Shown: piece after piece, positions 18,556 through 27,825 of the stretch | How the letters are laid out: every line of letters starts with the position of its first letter | Numbering within the stretch: the stretch's first letter is position 1 | Assembly (NCBI GenBank): GCA_016214745.1 | Contig: JACRNW010000006.1 | Span: 13,367-77,366, forward strand | Reading direction: 5' to 3' | Length of the DNA: 64,000 bases | From: Candidatus Falkowbacteria bacterium | GTDB taxonomy: Bacteria > Patescibacteriota > Patescibacteriia > XYB2-FULL-38-15 | The notes under the pieces: generated by a model | Told to the model about the DNA's origin: nothing | Databases searched by the model: none | The model's input: the letters and a program-made list of their open reading frames with translations, nothing else | Translations under genes and position numbers: made by a program

Positions 18556-19347
18556 ATGAAGATAGTTGAGGTCCAATTTACGCCGTGGGGAAGGATTTAC
18601 GACTTTGATGCCGGAGAATTCAATTTTCCGATAGGTGATTTTGTGGTTGTGAAAACAGATCTCGGCGTGGAAATGGGCAAAGTGGTTGGCGCGAAAGAAA
18701 TTGGCGCGAAAGAAATTGAAACGGCCAAACTTGAAATCAAACCGATTTTCAGAAAGGCCAGCACGGCCGACATGATAAAATTCAAAGAAAAAGAAGGTCA
18801 GAAGAAAGAAGCGCTTTCGGTCTGCAAGCAGTTGGTTAAAAAATACAATCTGCCGATAAAATTAATCGACGTCCACTTTTCTTTTGATGGTGGGCGTGTT
18901 ACTTTTGCTTTTGTGGCCGACGGACGGGTGGATTTCCGCGATTTAGTCAAAGATTTGACCAGAATTTTTCAGAAATCAATCCGCCTTCAGCAGTTAGGTA
19001 TCCGCGACGAAGCAAAAATTTCCGGCGATGTCGGCGCTTGCGGCCGGAATCTTTGCTGCCAAAAATTTAAAAAAGATTTGGGAAATATTTCTTCGGATTT
19101 GGCCGACCTCCAGCAAATTGCTCATCGCGGTTCGGACCGTCTGACCGGTGTTTGTGGGCGGCTGATGTGTTGTTTGGCGTATGAGCAGAAAACTTACGAA
19201 GAAGCGGTAAAAAAACTTCCGCCGGTTGGCACGAACGTCCGGACGGACCGCGGCCGGGGAAAAGTAATCGGCTGGCATACCCTAAAACAGTCAGTTGATG
19301 TAAGATTAGAAGAGGGGACAATTATTGAAGTTCCCATCAAAAAATAA
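18556..19347 (+). CDS. PSP1 domain protein (YaaT/RicT-like)
   Basis: Conserved Cys-rich PSP1 C-terminal region ([10 protein letters not shown]...[13 protein letters not shown]). Confidence 0.65.
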   Translation: MKIVEVQFTPWGRIYDFDAGEFNFPIGDFVVVKTDLGVEMGKVVGAKEIGAKEIETAKLEIKPIFRKASTADMIKFKEKEGQKKEALSVCKQLVKKYNLPIKLIDVHFSFDGGRVTFAFVADGRVDFRDLVKDLTRIFQKSIRLQQLGIRDEAKISGDVGACGRNLCCQKFKKDLGNISSDLADLQQIAHRGSDRLTGVCGRLMCCLAYEQKTYEEAVKKLPPVGTNVRTDRGRGKVIGWHTLKQSVDVRLEEGTIIEVPIKK

Positions 19348-19379
19348 TTTTAAAAAAATTAATTAAATTTGGAGGAAAT

Positions 19380-20390
19380 ATGCCAAAAATCAAAGTCGCG
19401 ATCAACGGTTTTGGCCGAATTGGCAGACAATTTTTTGCCATTGCCCAAGACCATCCGAATCTTGATGTCGTCGCGGTAAACGACCTAACCGATCCGGCGA
19501 CCCTGGCTCATCTTTATAAATATGATTCCGTCTACGGCGTGCATCCGGGAAAAGTGTCGGCCGGCAAAGATTTTATCCAGGTTGACGGACAGAAAATAAA
19601 AATTTTTGCGGAAAAAGATCCGGCCGCATTGCCCTGGAAAAAATTGGGCGTTGATGTGGTAGTTGAATCAACCGGTATTTTCACCGACCTGGAAGGCGCC
19701 TCCGCCCACATAAAAGCCGGTGCCAAGAAAGTGGTGGTTTCCGCGCCATGCAAAGGCGAGGTGCCGACTTTCGTCATCGGTTGTAATGAGGAAAAATATA
19801 ATCCTAAAACTGAACACGTAATTTCCATGGCATCTTGCACAACAAACGCCATGGCGCCGATCGCAAAAGTTCTGAATGATAAGTTCAAAATTTTAAAAGG
19901 CACGATGACAACCTGCCACAGCTATACGAATGATCAGCGATTGCTTGATTTGCCGCATAAAGATCTTCGCCGCGCCAGAGCCGCCGCTCTGTCCATGATT
20001 CCGACGACAACCGGCGCAGCCAAGGCGGTGGAAAAAGTTATTCCGGATTTGAAAGGAAAATTAAACGGTTTGGCCATTCGCGTGCCGACGCCAATAGTTT
20101 CTTTACTTGATTTTTCTTTGGTGGTGGGAAAAAACGTGACGGTAGATGAAGTGAACAACGCTCTTCGCACCGCCGCAGCCAAAGATTTGAAAAATATTTT
20201 AATGGTGAGCGATGAACCGCTCGTTTCAGTTGATTTTAAAAAAACAACTTTTTCTTCCATCGTTGACGCGGAATTAACAATGGTTGTCGGAGAAAATTTG
20301 ATAAAAGTGATTGCCTGGTATGATAATGAATGGGGTTACAGCACGCGGCTCGTGGAATTCGCGGAAATGGTGGGAGAAAAATTGAAGTAG
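19380..20390 (+). CDS. gap: glyceraldehyde-3-phosphate dehydrogenase
   Basis: NGFGRIGR Rossmann motif and active-site SCTTNAMAP. Confidence 0.9.
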   Translation: MPKIKVAINGFGRIGRQFFAIAQDHPNLDVVAVNDLTDPATLAHLYKYDSVYGVHPGKVSAGKDFIQVDGQKIKIFAEKDPAALPWKKLGVDVVVESTGIFTDLEGASAHIKAGAKKVVVSAPCKGEVPTFVIGCNEEKYNPKTEHVISMASCTTNAMAPIAKVLNDKFKILKGTMTTCHSYTNDQRLLDLPHKDLRRARAAALSMIPTTTGAAKAVEKVIPDLKGKLNGLAIRVPTPIVSLLDFSLVVGKNVTVDEVNNALRTAAAKDLKNILMVSDEPLVSVDFKKTTFSSIVDAELTMVVGENLIKVIAWYDNEWGYSTRLVEFAEMVGEKLK

Positions 20391-20424
20391 CAAGTATTAA
20401 GTATAAAGTAGCAAGTATAAAAGT

Positions 20425-20455
20425 CCGCCAGAGGCGGACTTTTTTGTCGTTGTTT
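20425..20455 (+). terminator. Rho-independent terminator of gap
   Basis: aaaagtccgcc-agag-gcggactttttt. Confidence 0.7.
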
Positions 20456-20498
20456 TATGTTATAATAATATAATAGAATTATAATATATAGAATATTT

Positions 20499-21122
20499 AT
20501 GTTTTACCGCGCAATGAGAATTATTTTTTGGTCGGCTTTTTGGTCGGCCTTTGTTATGGCCGCCTTTTTCGGATGGCAAAAAGACGTGTTTGGCGTCGTA
20601 ACTTTTCTTTTGGGGGCCGTGGGTTTATTATTTTTATTTTTATTTCAAAAATCAAAATTATTTTTAAAATATTATAACCCCTCGTTCGGCGACACCCTTC
20701 TCGGGTTTAGCGGCATAATTTTCTTAATTGGCGATCTTGGAAATTTATACCTTTATGATAATTGGGCTTCTTATTGGTTTGGGTTTGACACCGTGGCTCA
20801 TTTTGCCATTCCTGCGCTTTTTATGATTGTGGGTGCTATGCTCTATGAACTTTTGCGGATAAGACGTGGCGTACCAAAAGCAGTTGAGGTAATTTTTGTT
20901 TGCGCTGTAACGGTCGTAGCATTTTCTTTTTTGTGGGAATTTTTTGAAAAACAAAGCGACGTTTGGTGGAGTACAAAAATGTTTTGGAATCCAACTCGAC
21001 CGATTGCCGTTGATACGGCCAGTGATTTAATCGCGGATTTTTACGGCGTGTTTGTGGGCGGCATTTTAATTTTTAAAAATTGGATTGGCTGGAATAAAAA
21101 ATGGCTGAAGAAAAACAGTTAA
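20499..21122 (+). CDS. hypothetical polytopic membrane protein
   Basis: 207-aa hydrophobic ORF. Confidence 0.4.
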   Translation: MFYRAMRIIFWSAFWSAFVMAAFFGWQKDVFGVVTFLLGAVGLLFLFLFQKSKLFLKYYNPSFGDTLLGFSGIIFLIGDLGNLYLYDNWASYWFGFDTVAHFAIPALFMIVGAMLYELLRIRRGVPKAVEVIFVCAVTVVAFSFLWEFFEKQSDVWWSTKMFWNPTRPIAVDTASDLIADFYGVFVGGILIFKNWIGWNKKWLKKNS

Positions 21123-21212
21123 CATTTAACAGTTAACAATTAACAGGCGATGACGGGTGCGGGTTTATGCCCGTTCTTTTTTATGTTATAATGTTTTAAT
21201 GTTAAAAATTTT

Positions 21213-22259
21213 ATGACGCATGCGGAGTTACAAAAATTCATAGCATTTTTGATGAAGCGCGGCTGGACAGTTTTTGCGCCGGAAAAACGGCCGGGAGAGG
21301 TTGTTTATGCCGAAGTGCAAGACGCCGCCAAAGTTAAGTTGATTTCCGAACCGCCGCTGCATTCATTTAAAAGATTTTTGGTTCCGCCCGAGGAAACGCT
21401 TTTTGAGTACGAAAAAGACAAACTGAACGAGGTTCGCGATGCGGGAATAAAAATTCCGAAGCAAGTGATTTTTGGCATTAATCCGGTTGATCTGAAAGCG
21501 ATTGTAATGTTAAATCAAATTTTTGAGCGAGATCCCTGGTATCAGGAACGGATGCGGCGGACGCTTATCATCGGCCAGAGTTTAATCCCGGCCGATGTTG
21601 AACATAATATTTTTCAAATTAAATACGAAGAAGACATTTTGGAACATCTGCAGTTTGATATTTTTTTGGAAGTGCAGCCCCTCACCCCTGCCCGCAACGC
21701 CAGCGCTAGCGTGGCAGGCGGGCCAACCCTCTCCCCAAAGGGGAGAGGGGCAGAGTATTTTGTCTACACCGGTTCGGAAGAAGGGCAAAGCAGTTTGGAA
21801 GATTTCGGTTATGAAGATTATGAGCACATCGCTTTCGCCGGACCGATCAGGGAAGAGGGTTTTGATCCCATGATGGTAAAATACCGCGACGCGCTCCGAA
21901 AAACTTACAAAAAAGAAATTTGGGAAAATGATATCGGCGCGCGTTGTATTGAGTGCGGCAAATGCACGCTTATTTGCCCGACCTGTTTTTGTTTTGATAT
22001 GAAAGATCAGCCGGATTTAGTGGGCGATGGCGGGGTGCGCAAGCGCGCTTGGAGCGCTTGTTTTTATAATGATTTTTCCGAAGTCGCCGGCGGGCATAAA
22101 TTTTTAAAAACTACGGCCGAGCGGATTCATTTTTGGTATTATCATAAATTTGTCCGAATTCCGGACCAGATTCAGATTATGGGTTGCGTCGGCTGTGGCC
22201 GGTGCGCCAAGGTCTGTCCGGTGAACATAAATATTTTTAAAGTTCTGGCGGCATTGTGA
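21213..22259 (+). CDS. hydB: [NiFe]-hydrogenase group 3b beta-like subunit (4Fe-4S; AsrA/HydB-like), carrying an in-frame GC-rich insert
   Basis: Two Cys clusters ([16 protein letters not shown]; [13 protein letters not shown]). The segment [26 protein letters not shown] is encoded by the G1-related GC-rich hairpin DNA at 21676-21752. Confidence 0.65.
   Translation: MTHAELQKFIAFLMKRGWTVFAPEKRPGEVVYAEVQDAAKVKLISEPPLHSFKRFLVPPEETLFEYEKDKLNEVRDAGIKIPKQVIFGINPVDLKAIVMLNQIFERDPWYQERMRRTLIIGQSLIPADVEHNIFQIKYEEDILEHLQFDIFLEVQPLTPARNASASVAGGPTLSPKGRGAEYFVYTGSEEGQSSLEDFGYEDYEHIAFAGPIREEGFDPMMVKYRDALRKTYKKEIWENDIGARCIECGKCTLICPTCFCFDMKDQPDLVGDGGVRKRAWSACFYNDFSEVAGGHKFLKTTAERIHFWYYHKFVRIPDQIQIMGCVGCGRCAKVCPVNINIFKVLAAL
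21676..21752. repeat. In-frame GC-rich element inside hydB (a shortened G1 derivative plus the mini-hairpin ctccccaaaggggagagg)
   Basis: Shares cctgcccgcaacgccagc with G1 copies at 14925 and 33160. The local GC jump is visible in the sequence. Confidence 0.6.
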
Positions 22260-22272
22260 TTGCGATACGAAT

Positions 22273-22662
22273 ATGCCAATACATACGAATGATACGAATA
22301 AAATCATTTATAAAGAACTTTCTTATAAGATTAATGGTATTTTATTCAGGGCGCATAATGAGTTGGGTCGGTATTGTCGCGAAAGGCAGTACGCCGACAA
22401 ATTGGAAGAACTTTGGAAAGAAAATAAGATTAATTACAAAAGAGAAAAGAAAATGCTTGGCGATTTAGTGACAGGTAACATTCCCGATTTTTGTATAGAA
22501 GACAAGATATTGTTAGAAATTAAGGCAAAAAGTTTTATTGTCAAAGAAGATTATTATCAAATACAGCGGTATTTGCAGACAAATAAAATTAAGTTGGGGC
22601 TATTAGTCAATTTTAGAAATCGTTATCTCAAACCTATTCGTATCATTCGCATTAATTCGTAA
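22273..22662 (+). CDS. GxxExxY family protein (PD-(D/E)xK-like small protein)
   Basis: 129 aa matching the GxxExxY family pattern ([22 protein letters not shown]...[45 protein letters not shown]). Confidence 0.7.
   Translation: MPIHTNDTNKIIYKELSYKINGILFRAHNELGRYCRERQYADKLEELWKENKINYKREKKMLGDLVTGNIPDFCIEDKILLEIKAKSFIVKEDYYQIQRYLQTNKIKLGLLVNFRNRYLKPIRIIRINS
22285..22650 (+). mobile_element. GxxExxY gene cassette bounded by 16-bp inverted repeats that overlap the gene's own first and last codons
   Basis: acgaatgatacgaata at 22285-22300 against tattcgtatcattcgc at 22635-22650 (15 of 16 complementary). It sits between hydB and the gamma subunit. A related cargo-less palindrome lies at 3708-3785. 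Confidence 0.4.
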
Positions 22663-22707
22663 ATTAGTATCGATTTTGGATTAGTCATCTATGGATAGCA
22701 GTTTTTT

Positions 22708-23520
22708 ATGCATAACCCATATCAAACCACGACTGTTAAAATTCTAAAAATTGAGGACGAGGGTTCGCGGTCTAAACTTTTTACACTTGAAGCGCCACGC
22801 GACTTTACGGTTCGGAGCGGCCAGTTTGTGGAAATTTCTCTGCCGGGATATGGCGAAGCGCCGATTTCTCTTTGTTCTGATCCGTCAGTCAAAAATAAAT
22901 TTGAGTTGTGCGTTCGAAAAGCCGGAATGGTGACGGGCGCCCTGCACGCCTTGAAAGTGGGCGATAAAGTCGGGGTGCGCGGGCCGTACGGCCGGCCGTT
23001 TCCCGCGGAAATTGGTAAACAAAGAAATTTGCTTTTGGTGGCCGGTGGTTTGGGTTTGGAACCGTTGCGTCCCGCGATTTGGGAAATCATGAAAAACCGC
23101 GAGCAGTATAAAAAAGTCCAAATTTTTTACGGTGCTTGCGACGAAAATGATTTGCTTTTTACAAAAGATTATGATGAGTTGAAGAAAAAAATTGATCTTC
23201 ATATAACATTAGACAAACCAAAAGGCCTTCAAACTCCGGTGGCTTGCGGCACGGGCGTGGTGACAACGCTTTTTGATCACGTTAAACTTTACGAAAATCC
23301 CGTAGCATTTTTGTGCGGCCCGCCCGTGATGTATAAATTTGTTATCAAAAAATTAAAAGAATTAGCTTTTTTGGACAGTGATATATATCTATCGCTTGAG
23401 CGGCGGATGCATTGCGGCGTCGGCGTCTGCAATCATTGCGCCGTCGGAAGTTTTTTTGTCTGCCAGGACGGTCCGGTTTTTTCCTGGGCCGAGTTGAAAG
23501 ATATAAAAGGAGCGATTTAA
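22708..23520 (+). CDS. hydG: [NiFe]-hydrogenase group 3b gamma-like subunit (FAD/NAD-binding oxidoreductase with a 2Fe-2S C-terminal region, PyrK-like)
   Basis: LVAGGLGLEPLRP (NAD-binding) and the C-terminal Cys cluster CGVGVCNHCAVG...C. Confidence 0.65.
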   Translation: MHNPYQTTTVKILKIEDEGSRSKLFTLEAPRDFTVRSGQFVEISLPGYGEAPISLCSDPSVKNKFELCVRKAGMVTGALHALKVGDKVGVRGPYGRPFPAEIGKQRNLLLVAGGLGLEPLRPAIWEIMKNREQYKKVQIFYGACDENDLLFTKDYDELKKKIDLHITLDKPKGLQTPVACGTGVVTTLFDHVKLYENPVAFLCGPPVMYKFVIKKLKELAFLDSDIYLSLERRMHCGVGVCNHCAVGSFFVCQDGPVFSWAELKDIKGAI

Positions 23521-23541
23521 TGTTTAAATAAAAAATTTGAT

Positions 23542-24813
23542 GTGTGCTTAACCATTCCCGGTAAAGTTATAGAAATTAAAGATCAAAATGCCTTACTCAA
23601 AACATCAAGTGGAGTAAGGCAAATTAATATTGGGCTCATATCACGCGTAAAAGTAGGTGATTGGCTTCTTGCTTCAATTGATTTAGCGGTCAAAAAAATA
23701 AAAGCGAAAGATGCGGAGGAAATTTTAGAATTACTCAGCGGAAAAAAAATAACAGATACAAATAACGTTAGTTTTAAATTTAGAGAAATTCTAAAAAATG
23801 CTCAAATTGGAGATTTAACAAAAGAAGAAATTATTTATTTACTTAAAACGGAAGGGCAAGAAAAGGAAGTATTATTTTCCGAGGCAGATGCGGTGTGTAA
23901 AGAAAATTTAAAAGATTTTATTTGCTTACATGCGATTGTTGAATTTTCAAATTATTGCGCAAATAATTGTTTTTATTGTGGGCTCCGGAGCGAGAATAAA
24001 ACTGTTGTCCGTTATAGAATGAGTATTTCGGAAATTGTTAAAGTCGCAAATGAAGCGGTCAACAAAATCGGCTATAAGATGATTGTGCTCCAGTCGGGCG
24101 CGGATATGCAATACACAGATGAAATGTTGGTTGAAATTATTAAAAAAATTAAAGCCAAAAGTCGGTGTTTTATTTTTATGAGTGTGGGGGAGCGAAGCGT
24201 TCAATGTTACAAAAAAATGAAAAAAGCGGGGGCGAATGGCGTTTTATTTAGATTTGAAACTTCAAATCCGAAACTTTATAATATTTTACATCCTAAAAAT
24301 ACTTTAAAGGGTGGGCTTCAAAATCGGTTGGCTCTTTTGCGAGAGATAAAAAAAATGGGATATTATATTTCATCAGGTCCGATTATAGGATTGCCCGGCC
24401 AGACTCTAGAAGATTTAGCAGATGATATTTTGATGATGAAAAAATTGAGCGTTGGCATGGCTTCAATGGGCCCGTTTATTCCGTGTGACGGGACACCCTT
24501 AGCGGGCGAGTCGCACGGCGATGTTGAACTTTCTTTAAAGACAATTGCTGCTTCTCGTCTTTTGATACCGAAGGCGCGCATTCCGGTAACAACAGCACTC
24601 GAAACACTTGATCCGCAAAACGCGCGTAAACGAGGATTGCAAAGTGGAGCCAATTCTTTAATGTTTAATTTGACTCCGGCGAAATATCGCAGTAAATACA
24701 AAATTTATCCAAATAAATTTCACGGGCGAGATAAAGATTTGGAAGATTTTGCCCTATACAAGGGAAAGGAGAGTTGGGAAATGCTCACAAGAGAATTTAA
24801 AAAATATATTTGA
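23542..24813 (+). CDS. HypC-like domain fused to a HydE-like radical SAM enzyme
   Basis: GTG start. Residues 1-70 read MCLTIPGKVIEIKDQNALLKTSSGVRQINIGLISRVKVGDWLLASIDLAVKKIKAKDAEEILELL (HypC/HupF signature MC.IP with Cys2). The radical-SAM core HAIVEFSNYCANNCFYCGLRSEN closely resembles HydE/BioB-family CxxxCxxC regions. Confidence 0.7.
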   Translation: MCLTIPGKVIEIKDQNALLKTSSGVRQINIGLISRVKVGDWLLASIDLAVKKIKAKDAEEILELLSGKKITDTNNVSFKFREILKNAQIGDLTKEEIIYLLKTEGQEKEVLFSEADAVCKENLKDFICLHAIVEFSNYCANNCFYCGLRSENKTVVRYRMSISEIVKVANEAVNKIGYKMIVLQSGADMQYTDEMLVEIIKKIKAKSRCFIFMSVGERSVQCYKKMKKAGANGVLFRFETSNPKLYNILHPKNTLKGGLQNRLALLREIKKMGYYISSGPIIGLPGQTLEDLADDILMMKKLSVGMASMGPFIPCDGTPLAGESHGDVELSLKTIAASRLLIPKARIPVTTALETLDPQNARKRGLQSGANSLMFNLTPAKYRSKYKIYPNKFHGRDKDLEDFALYKGKESWEMLTREFKKYI

Positions 24814-24815
24814 TT

Positions 24816-26189
24816 ATGGAAATAATTAATCAAGAAAAAATTTTTGATATTTTGGAAAAAACAAAAGACGCGAGCCAGAGCCGTTTTGAAGAAATAATTA
24901 ATAAAGCGAAAAAGATAAAAAGTTTAGATTTAGAAGAGGTGGGCATTTTGATAAATATTAGCGATGAAAAATTGATACAGAAAATGCAACAGGCGGCGCG
25001 CGAGATAAAAATGGCAATTTACGGGCCACGCCTGGTTTTGTTTGCCCCACTTTATGTTTCAAGTTTTTGTATCAACGACTGTGAGTATTGCGGTTTTCAT
25101 TGCCGGAATGCGACGCCGCGGAAAAAATTATCTTTGGATGAAGTGCGGCAGCAGGTGGAAATTTTGGAAGACATGGGGCACAAGAGATTGCTTTTGGAAT
25201 TTGGTGAAGATCCAAAAGAAAATCCGATTGATTATGTAACAGGTGTAATTAAAACAATTTATGCTACTAAAAAGGATCGCGGTTCAATTCGTAGAGTTAA
25301 TGTTAATATCGCCGCAACGAGCGTGGAAAATTATAAAAAATTAAAAGAAGCGGGGATCGGTACTTATCAACTTTTCCAAGAAACTTATCATCGGCCGACT
25401 TACGAAAAACTTCATTGCGGTCCAAAGGCGGATTACGATCGACAGATTACGGCCATGGATCACGCTTTTGCGGGAGGAATTGATGATTTGGGAATCGGTG
25501 TGCTGTTTGGTCTTTATGATTGGCGTTTTGAGGTTTTAAGTTTAGCGGCACACGCAGATTATATGGAGAAAACTTTTGGCGTCGGGCCGCACACTATTTC
25601 CGTCCCGCGCTTCCGTCCCGCGCCGACAGTTGATTTTAAATCAGAACACGAAGTCAGCGACAATGATTTTTTGAAACTTATCGCCATTTTACGTTTAGCA
25701 GTGCCATATACCGGAATGATTATGTCTACTCGCGAATCGCCGGAAATAAGGCGCCAGGCGTTTGAAATAGGAATTTCGCAAACGAGCGCGGGATCGCGTA
25801 CAACTCCCGGGGGATATAATGAAAAAAATAAAAAAGAAGAATTAGCTCAGTTCAATTTAAGTGATCACCGCACTTTAGATGAAATCGTCCGTGATATTTG
25901 TAAATTGGGATATTTACCGAGTTTTTGTACAGCCTGTTATCGAAGCGGCCGGACTGGCGATGACTTTATGAAGTATGCCAAAGCGGGAACGATACAAAAT
26001 TTTTGTCAACCAAACGCCATTTCAACTTTCAAGGAGTATCTTCTGGATTACGCAACGCCCGAAACGCGCGAGGTGGGGGAAGAAGTGATTAAAAGAGAAA
26101 TTAAAAAAATAAAAGACGCGCGGGTGCGTCAAAAGTTAGAAGAAAAACTCTCTCTGATAGAAAAAGGAAAACGCGATTTGTATTTTTAG
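24816..26189 (+). CDS. HydG/ThiH-family radical SAM tyrosine-lyase-like protein with a HydG-type C-terminal CX2CX22C motif
   Basis: N-terminal cluster FAPLYVSSFCINDCEYCGF. The C-terminal FCTACYRSGRTGDDFMKYAKAGTIQNFC has exactly 22 residues between the second and third Cys. Start placed at ATG 24816 (MEIINQ). Confidence 0.7.
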   Translation: MEIINQEKIFDILEKTKDASQSRFEEIINKAKKIKSLDLEEVGILINISDEKLIQKMQQAAREIKMAIYGPRLVLFAPLYVSSFCINDCEYCGFHCRNATPRKKLSLDEVRQQVEILEDMGHKRLLLEFGEDPKENPIDYVTGVIKTIYATKKDRGSIRRVNVNIAATSVENYKKLKEAGIGTYQLFQETYHRPTYEKLHCGPKADYDRQITAMDHAFAGGIDDLGIGVLFGLYDWRFEVLSLAAHADYMEKTFGVGPHTISVPRFRPAPTVDFKSEHEVSDNDFLKLIAILRLAVPYTGMIMSTRESPEIRRQAFEIGISQTSAGSRTTPGGYNEKNKKEELAQFNLSDHRTLDEIVRDICKLGYLPSFCTACYRSGRTGDDFMKYAKAGTIQNFCQPNAISTFKEYLLDYATPETREVGEEVIKREIKKIKDARVRQKLEEKLSLIEKGKRDLYF

Positions 26190-26265
26190 TAGGACTACAG
26201 AATCTAAATAGAGTGAGTTATTGGAAAATAAACGGAGGAAGCGGTACGACTTCCTCCGTAGTGGA

Positions 26266-26904
26266 TTAGCGAAAGATTTTGAGAATTTCGCCAAAATCTT
26301 TCGCTTCGTTGCCAAAATTCCGCCGAGCGTAACACTCAGCGATTTCGGGGCGTTCGATGAGTGTTGAGAGGGAATTTATTGGCACTTTGTGTTCTTCTGT
26401 TCCAACTGTTTTGGCGGCAAAAACAGCGGAATAACCTTTTGTGGAAGATGCCCGTTGTTTTACCCAAGTGAGAGCCCACCACTCGGCAACGGGAATGAAA
26501 CTTTTGTTTTCCTTCCGCAGTTTTCCGACTGTCTCGCCGGAAGAAATTACGTCGTCTATCACTACGACGGTTTTTATTCCGACCAAGACTCCAGGGTTAA
26601 TCCTGCCGACATAAGATCGGGGATTTTCTCCAGGAATCCAAACCCTTTTGGCGTGGGGAAATGCTTTCCATGGCCACTGCCAGAGCCAAAACGGGTCCAC
26701 TTTTTCAATGTACTTTTTGACAATCGACGCTCCGTTACCAGGCAGCACGATTAGTGTTGACCATGGATCAAGGTGTTCCCAGCCCTGCCACGCCAACAAA
26801 TTGCTTGTCATTTCTTGTGCGTCAAGAATTGTCAACCCGAATTTCCCGGCCAAAACTTCCTTGACACCGGCTTCTACACCAACATCAACGATCAAGTACC
26901 CCAT
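26266..26904 (-). CDS. phosphoribosyltransferase (type I PRTase)
   Basis: PRPP-binding motif VVVIDDVISSGETV. Start placed at MGYLIVD. Confidence 0.55.
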   Translation of the reverse strand: MGYLIVDVGVEAGVKEVLAGKFGLTILDAQEMTSNLLAWQGWEHLDPWSTLIVLPGNGASIVKKYIEKVDPFWLWQWPWKAFPHAKRVWIPGENPRSYVGRINPGVLVGIKTVVVIDDVISSGETVGKLRKENKSFIPVAEWWALTWVKQRASSTKGYSAVFAAKTVGTEEHKVPINSLSTLIERPEIAECYARRNFGNEAKDFGEILKIFR

Positions 26905-27075
26905 TTTCTTCCTCCTTTGTGCCTCTAGTTGGCAAAAGAAAAACCCCTTCTCTTTCAAGAAGGGGTTTATGGTCTTTGAGATCTTAGTAAATATATCAAA
27001 CACAACCAACCTCTTCTTGGAAGAGTCGATCGTGATGATGATTGGAAGTCGGAATTATGTCAGAGAATATTTTAT

Positions 27076-27612
27076 TCATACGGGGTTATTCAAAAGTTGC
27101 AAGGTTTTTTTAACTGCTTCTTCGGCGGTCTTAACGACATAGCAGGGAAAACTTTTGCGTCCTTTTAATTTTAAGCTACTCAAAATGTTTTCTCCGAAAC
27201 CTTTAATGAAAATTAATGGCTTTTTGTATCTATAAGCAATAGCCAGTTCAGCTAAAGTTCCTGCATCCCCGGGTAAAACAATAATTGCATCGCAACTTAA
27301 AATACCGGCAAAAAGAAAATCGCCAACATCAATTGGGGTACAGATTTCTATACTTACCCATGGATTTGACGAACCTCTTTCTCTCCCCGGAGTGCCTACA
27401 GTGATGCCACCAGCCTTATAAGCGGCTCGGCAAGCTGCTTCAACTACTCCGCTACAACCGCCGGTAATTAAAACAACATTATTTTTAGCCGCTGCCTTGC
27501 CTACTTTTCTGGCCACGTCTAACATCTTAATTCTCTCTTGCTTATTTTTTGGTAAATTAATTTCTTCGGGACCGATAATGCCAATTTGATATTTTTTTTG
27601 TGGTTTGTTCAT
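27076..27612 (-). CDS. Rossmann-fold nucleotide-binding protein, TIGR00725/LOG-like
   Basis: IGIIGPEE...VVLITGGCSGVVEAACRAA...PGDAGTLAELA pattern. Confidence 0.55.
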   Translation of the reverse strand: MNKPQKKYQIGIIGPEEINLPKNKQERIKMLDVARKVGKAAAKNNVVLITGGCSGVVEAACRAAYKAGGITVGTPGRERGSSNPWVSIEICTPIDVGDFLFAGILSCDAIIVLPGDAGTLAELAIAYRYKKPLIFIKGFGENILSSLKLKGRKSFPCYVVKTAEEAVKKTLQLLNNPV

Positions 27613-27825
27613 ATGTTTATTTTAAAATTAAAAATAAAAAACCTCTTGGAAAGAGGTGCAATTTCGTTGATTTAAATAAAATTTATTACCACGACAAGAC
27701 CTCTTTCCTAAGAAATGAAAGAGACGTGATGATGATAAATTTTATTTATATCTTTTTTCATGATTTTAATATACATGATATTAAATATTTTGTCAAATTT
27801 TTAGAGTAAATAGTTTTTGACAATC

